A stretch of 64,000 nt of DNA from Sarea resinae (lineage: Eukaryota). The stretch is taken from contig JAPEUD010000011.1 in the NCBI GenBank assembly GCA_026026165.1, positions 124,001 through 188,000 of the forward strand, given 5' to 3'. Both the position numbers and the translations under genes were made by a program. Within the stretch, counting starts at the first letter, position 1. Each line of letters begins with the position of its first letter. The notes beneath the pieces were generated by a model, which was given only the letters and a program-made list of their open reading frames with translations, did no database searches and was not told the DNA's origin. This document shows positions 59,750-64,000 of this stretch, one piece after another.

Positions 59750-62700
59750 CTAATTTCCTCGAGGAGAACTATTTTCGATCAATAACAGTAACACAAGACA
59801 ACATATGCGTAAGACCTACGTGGGGGAGTAAGTGGGAGAGGTACTACGGAAAATTCAGCGAAATGTTTCTTGAAGGCTATCGGTGAACTTACGGAGACCA
59901 CTTCGGCGAGGAGGCAGAATACGGAGCCGCCCCAGGTGAGGTTGGAGAACCACCAAAGTTAGGTGACGATGGTGAGTACCCACCAACAGGGCTTGTAGGA
60001 CTGTACATTGGAGACGTCGGGCTATAACTTGCCGGAGACGTTGGAGAAGTAGGGGAATGCCTAGAAACAATCAGTCTCTGACCTTTAAATCCACTAGAAT
60101 AGACTCACTGTTTGGCGGCCGCCTTGCCGTCAAATTGTGGGCTCGTTGGACTGTACATCGGCGATGTAGGACTATACGTCGGAGAAGTCGGGCTGTACTT
60201 TGGCGACGTAGGACTATAGCTCGGCGACGTTGGAGAGTAATTGGGAGATGTCGGCGAATAACTAGGGGAAGTAGGCGAGTATGATGGTGAAGTAGGAGAA
60301 ATGCCAGCTTGACCATAGGCAGGCGAAGTAGGAGAGTATGTAGGTGAAGTTGGAGTGAAGGCAGGGCTGGCTGGTGAAAAGCGCGGCGACGATGCAAAGT
60401 TCGGACTTGTCATGCTCATGCCCGGAGACGTTGGAGAATAGCCAGGTGAGGTAGGCGAGAATCCCGGCGAAGTTGGGCTGGTGTTGAAAGGGCTACTAGG
60501 TGAGTAACCACCTGGACTTCGCACTGAGTAGGGACTCATGCCACCGAAACCTTGAGGCCCAGAGTAATCGGTGAAGCCACCCGGGGTCTCAGCGCCGGAG
60601 TTGACAACAGGCGAGAAGGAAGCACCATAATCCGGCGAACCGAGATAGCCACCTTCTTGCATAGGTGATCCACTCTCGTACGGGGTTGCTGCACCATCTA
60701 CCATACCACCCTTGACACCAATGCCCGGCATGATGCCAAGTCTGGCATTGTCCGAGATAACGGTATCAAGCATCTTCTGATCAAGGAACACTTCCAGCTC
60801 GCCAGTTCCCATCGGAGCAAGTTGCCCAAGCATGACATTTTCAGAGATGCCGCGGCAATCGTCCAACTCTCCGCAAGCGGCGGCGTCCAACAAAATCTCC
60901 ACAGTCTCTTCGAAGGAACACCTCATCAATGCGCCAGTATCTGCACGGTTGATACCATGACGTGTGATAGCCATGAGATGCCCCCTAGCAGTCATGACAT
61001 CCACAAGTAGAGCTAGATGACGATGGTTGACATAAGAACCATCAAAAGCCAGCACCTGGGTCAATTCTCTCATAAGAGCAGACCTAGTCGCCTCAATTCC
61101 AAAGACTTGGAAGACTTCGATGAAAGAGTTCGAGTAAGTCCGAGTGGAGTCAACGCCCGGTACAGAAAGGACCGCCCCGAGAGCAGTTCCACTCGTGTCG
61201 AGAATCCACTCAATACACTTCGGGTCGGCCGCTTTCTTGATCAGTGCACCGTCTTCGTCCAGTCTCATCTTTGTCTTGCTGTTCATGAAAGCTCGTTCAA
61301 CGCCATTGACGCCACGAAGGGTCAGAGTATCCAGCATATGATTTTCCAGTCTCTTTAGCATCAGATCCTCTTCCAATTCATCTTCATCGTCACCCTTGCT
61401 CTGGTCTTGCATCATGCGAATACGAATAACTTGCTCGTCGGCATTCTGGTCACTGAAAATGACAGACAGATCCTTGCCATAGGCTTCCGTGATCTTTGCT
61501 GCCACTCCGGCCACTGATAAATCTTTATCTAGGAGCTTGCGCCGATCGAGAATAATACGAAGGACCCATTTCGATACTTGTGGTGCGTTTACTTCATCTT
61601 CTGGGAGAGCAGAGTATGCCTCCACAATGTCTTGATCGGTCTCGATCACAGTAGACATGGCGTCAGGATCGTACCAGATCTCCGTAGTTTCCGTTACGGA
61701 ACGCAGCGTAGTGTGCTCTACGGCACTTCTCAATCGCTTGACGCTTTCCTTATCCTCAGCATGCTCTTCATCCTGATAAACCGTCATCGACGGCGTTTTG
61801 ATATTGGTGGCAACGTTGAGAATTTCCTTCAATCGAGGAACACCAAGCGTGACGTTCTTGGACGAGACACCAGCAAAATGGAAGGTATTCAGAGTCATCT
61901 GAGTTGCCGGCTCACCAATTGACTGTGCTGCAAGGACTCCCACCATTTCGCCGGGATTCACTGCCGCTCGGCCGAAGCGGTTCTCGATTTCTCCCAATAC
62001 GTATTGGAAAGCAATCTTGTTAAGGCTGTTCTCTACGACAAGTCTCTTGAAAGCGAGTCGAGATCGTAGATGAGTTTGGAAGAGGCAAGTCGCGTTCTCC
62101 TGAGCTTCTAGAGAGAGGGGATCGTCTCCTCGTACCACAACAAGTCGGCTGATCATGTCTCGGACTTTTGGAATGACGTCGTTAGGGTGTAGGTCACTCT
62201 GCGATCCCTCTCTGATCCTGAAGATTGATTTCGCAGTATCTATAATCCGAATGACGTTGATGGGAAGCGGTATTGTTTCCGAGTCCTCTTTGAGCTTGTG
62301 CTGTCGAAGGAAATTTCGGTCTGCTTTGAGCTGCTCCCACTCCGCGTCGAGATGACGTTGAACATCGATGTCACCTTGGATTTCACGCGCTTGTTCGAGT
62401 AGCTCCGGGGTGATGCCTCCTTTCGGATCCATGACGTCGACACGGAACTTCTTCTCGAACTCTTTATCCGAACAAAAGACGACGTCCAGACGTTGCGATT
62501 CAATGTGAACACCGTCCAATCCATCTTCGCCGTAAACGAACTGCACGATGTCTCCCAGAGAGTTTCTGACAGTACCATCATATTTGGCCATGACATCCTC
62601 GAGAGCCTTGACCAGTCGTCGCTGAATATAACCAGTCTCAGCTGTTTTAACGGCAGTATCGATCAAACCTTCACGACCAGCCATGGCGTGGAAAAAGAAC

Positions 62701-64000
62701 TCGGTTGGAGTCAGACCACGAAGATAAGAATTCTCCACAAACCCTCGTGATTCTGGGGAATAGTCATCCTTGGTGAAATGGGGGAGAGTACGATATTTGA
62801 AGCCGAAAGGAATTCGCTTTCCTTCAACTGACTGTTGACCGACGACAGCAGTCATTTGGGATATGTTGATCGAAGAACCCTTAGAACCAGAACGAGCCAT
62901 TTGGATGGCGTTGTTAAGATCTTTCAAACTCTTCTCTGTCTGATTTCCCGCCTCGTCACGCGCAGTATTGAGAGCCTTCGATACCTTACTTTCGAACGTC
63001 TCTCGGACGTTCATACCAGGCAGGGGTTCCAGAGTGTTCTCAGTGGCCTCTTTTGTGATATCTGCCACTTCAGCTTTCTGCTTGGACACCGCGTCCTGAA
63101 TTTGCTGGATCGTCGCTCGATCAGGAATGGTGTCTCCAATACCGATACTGAAACCATTTTGCAGGAGCCAGTAATTGACGACAGTCTGAGCACCGTTGAA
63201 GAATTTCATCGCTGCTTCAGGTCCGGACTCATTGAAGATAACGTGAATGACACCATTCGAAGCTGCACCCACAATGTTCTTCTTGAACAGACCATACATC
63301 AACTCTCCATTATGAATCCAGATCCCGTCATCATTCAATGGAGTCCAACCTTCGGCACTCGGCCGTATCAGATTCAACCCCTTAGGGAGGACGAGACTGA
63401 TGATCTGCTTGCCCGTCCAGCGGGGTCGCGGCTTCAAGATGGCTGGTTGGGGAATCACACCATCCCAATCTGGTACCCACAGCAGGACATTCATGACATC
63501 TTCCTTCGACAGAAAGACGTCTCGTCGGCACATCTTGTAAACGCCACAAAGGGTATCCTGCACGATACCCATAAGAGGACCGTTTCGTTGGGGCGACACG
63601 ATATTCAACGGGACCATGCAAAGCTGACTGATCTCGGCTCTAGTCTCTTCGCTCTGAGGTACATGCAAGTTCATCTCATCACCGTCGAAGTCAGCGTTGT
63701 ACGGAGAGGTGACGGAAAGATTGAGTCGGAAAGTCGAATATGGCATGACGCGTACGCGATGACCCATCATAGACTCTTTGTGTAGAGACGGCTGCCGATT
63801 GAAGATGATGAAATCTCCATCGATAATATGTCGCTCTACCTTCCATCCATATTGCAGGGATATCTCTCCTGCTCGTTTGTGATACCTCAGATCTATCCGC
63901 TCGCCTGTGTCACGAATCACGTACTTGGCTCCAGGGTGTTCATTCGGTCCATTCTTGACAAGCTGGTGAAGCCTATGGATGTTGTATGGCGTCACAGTCT
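59750..64000 (-). CDS. RPB1: RNA polymerase II largest subunit (partial; 5' part lies beyond the window)
   Basis: FNRQPSLHK, catalytic [51 protein letters not shown] heptads. Terminal introns at 60061-60108, 59844-59892 and 59769-59819 give ...[16 protein letters not shown]. Confidence 0.98.

Noticed and set aside
62990..63005. Partial match to the 18-bp array motif (ttcgaacgtctctc)
   Set aside because: Single copy inside RPB1 coding sequence (VRETFE); explained by codons.

Overview
Intron-rich filamentous ascomycete (Pezizomycotina-like) nuclear DNA. About 21 host genes are recognisable: the 3' end of a LaeA-type methyltransferase, a Trk K+ transporter, a GFA/Mss4-like protein, a bZIP factor, PAF-acetylhydrolase, MCR1, a DHA1 MFS transporter, an HMG-box protein, urease, CMC1, SDH4, MPP-beta, UTP11, TAF9, lipin, a second LaeA-like methyltransferase, an FN3/coiled-coil protein, THG1, TMA23-like and the 3' three-quarters of RPB1. 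Two stretches are not explained by these genes. (1) An ~9 kb island (~11.5-20.6 kb) has no intact gene but contains a decayed histone-H3-like fold with CenH3-type features and, convergent with it, a broken Vps4/spastin-clade AAA ATPase; part of it looks RIP-mutated. (2) An ~1 kb non-coding array (22.4-23.4 kb) between convergent genes holds about ten copies of an 18-bp motif (GAGACGTTCGACGATAAA) in both orientations, partly as nested inverted repeats. All calls come from manual reading and translation; no database search was run.
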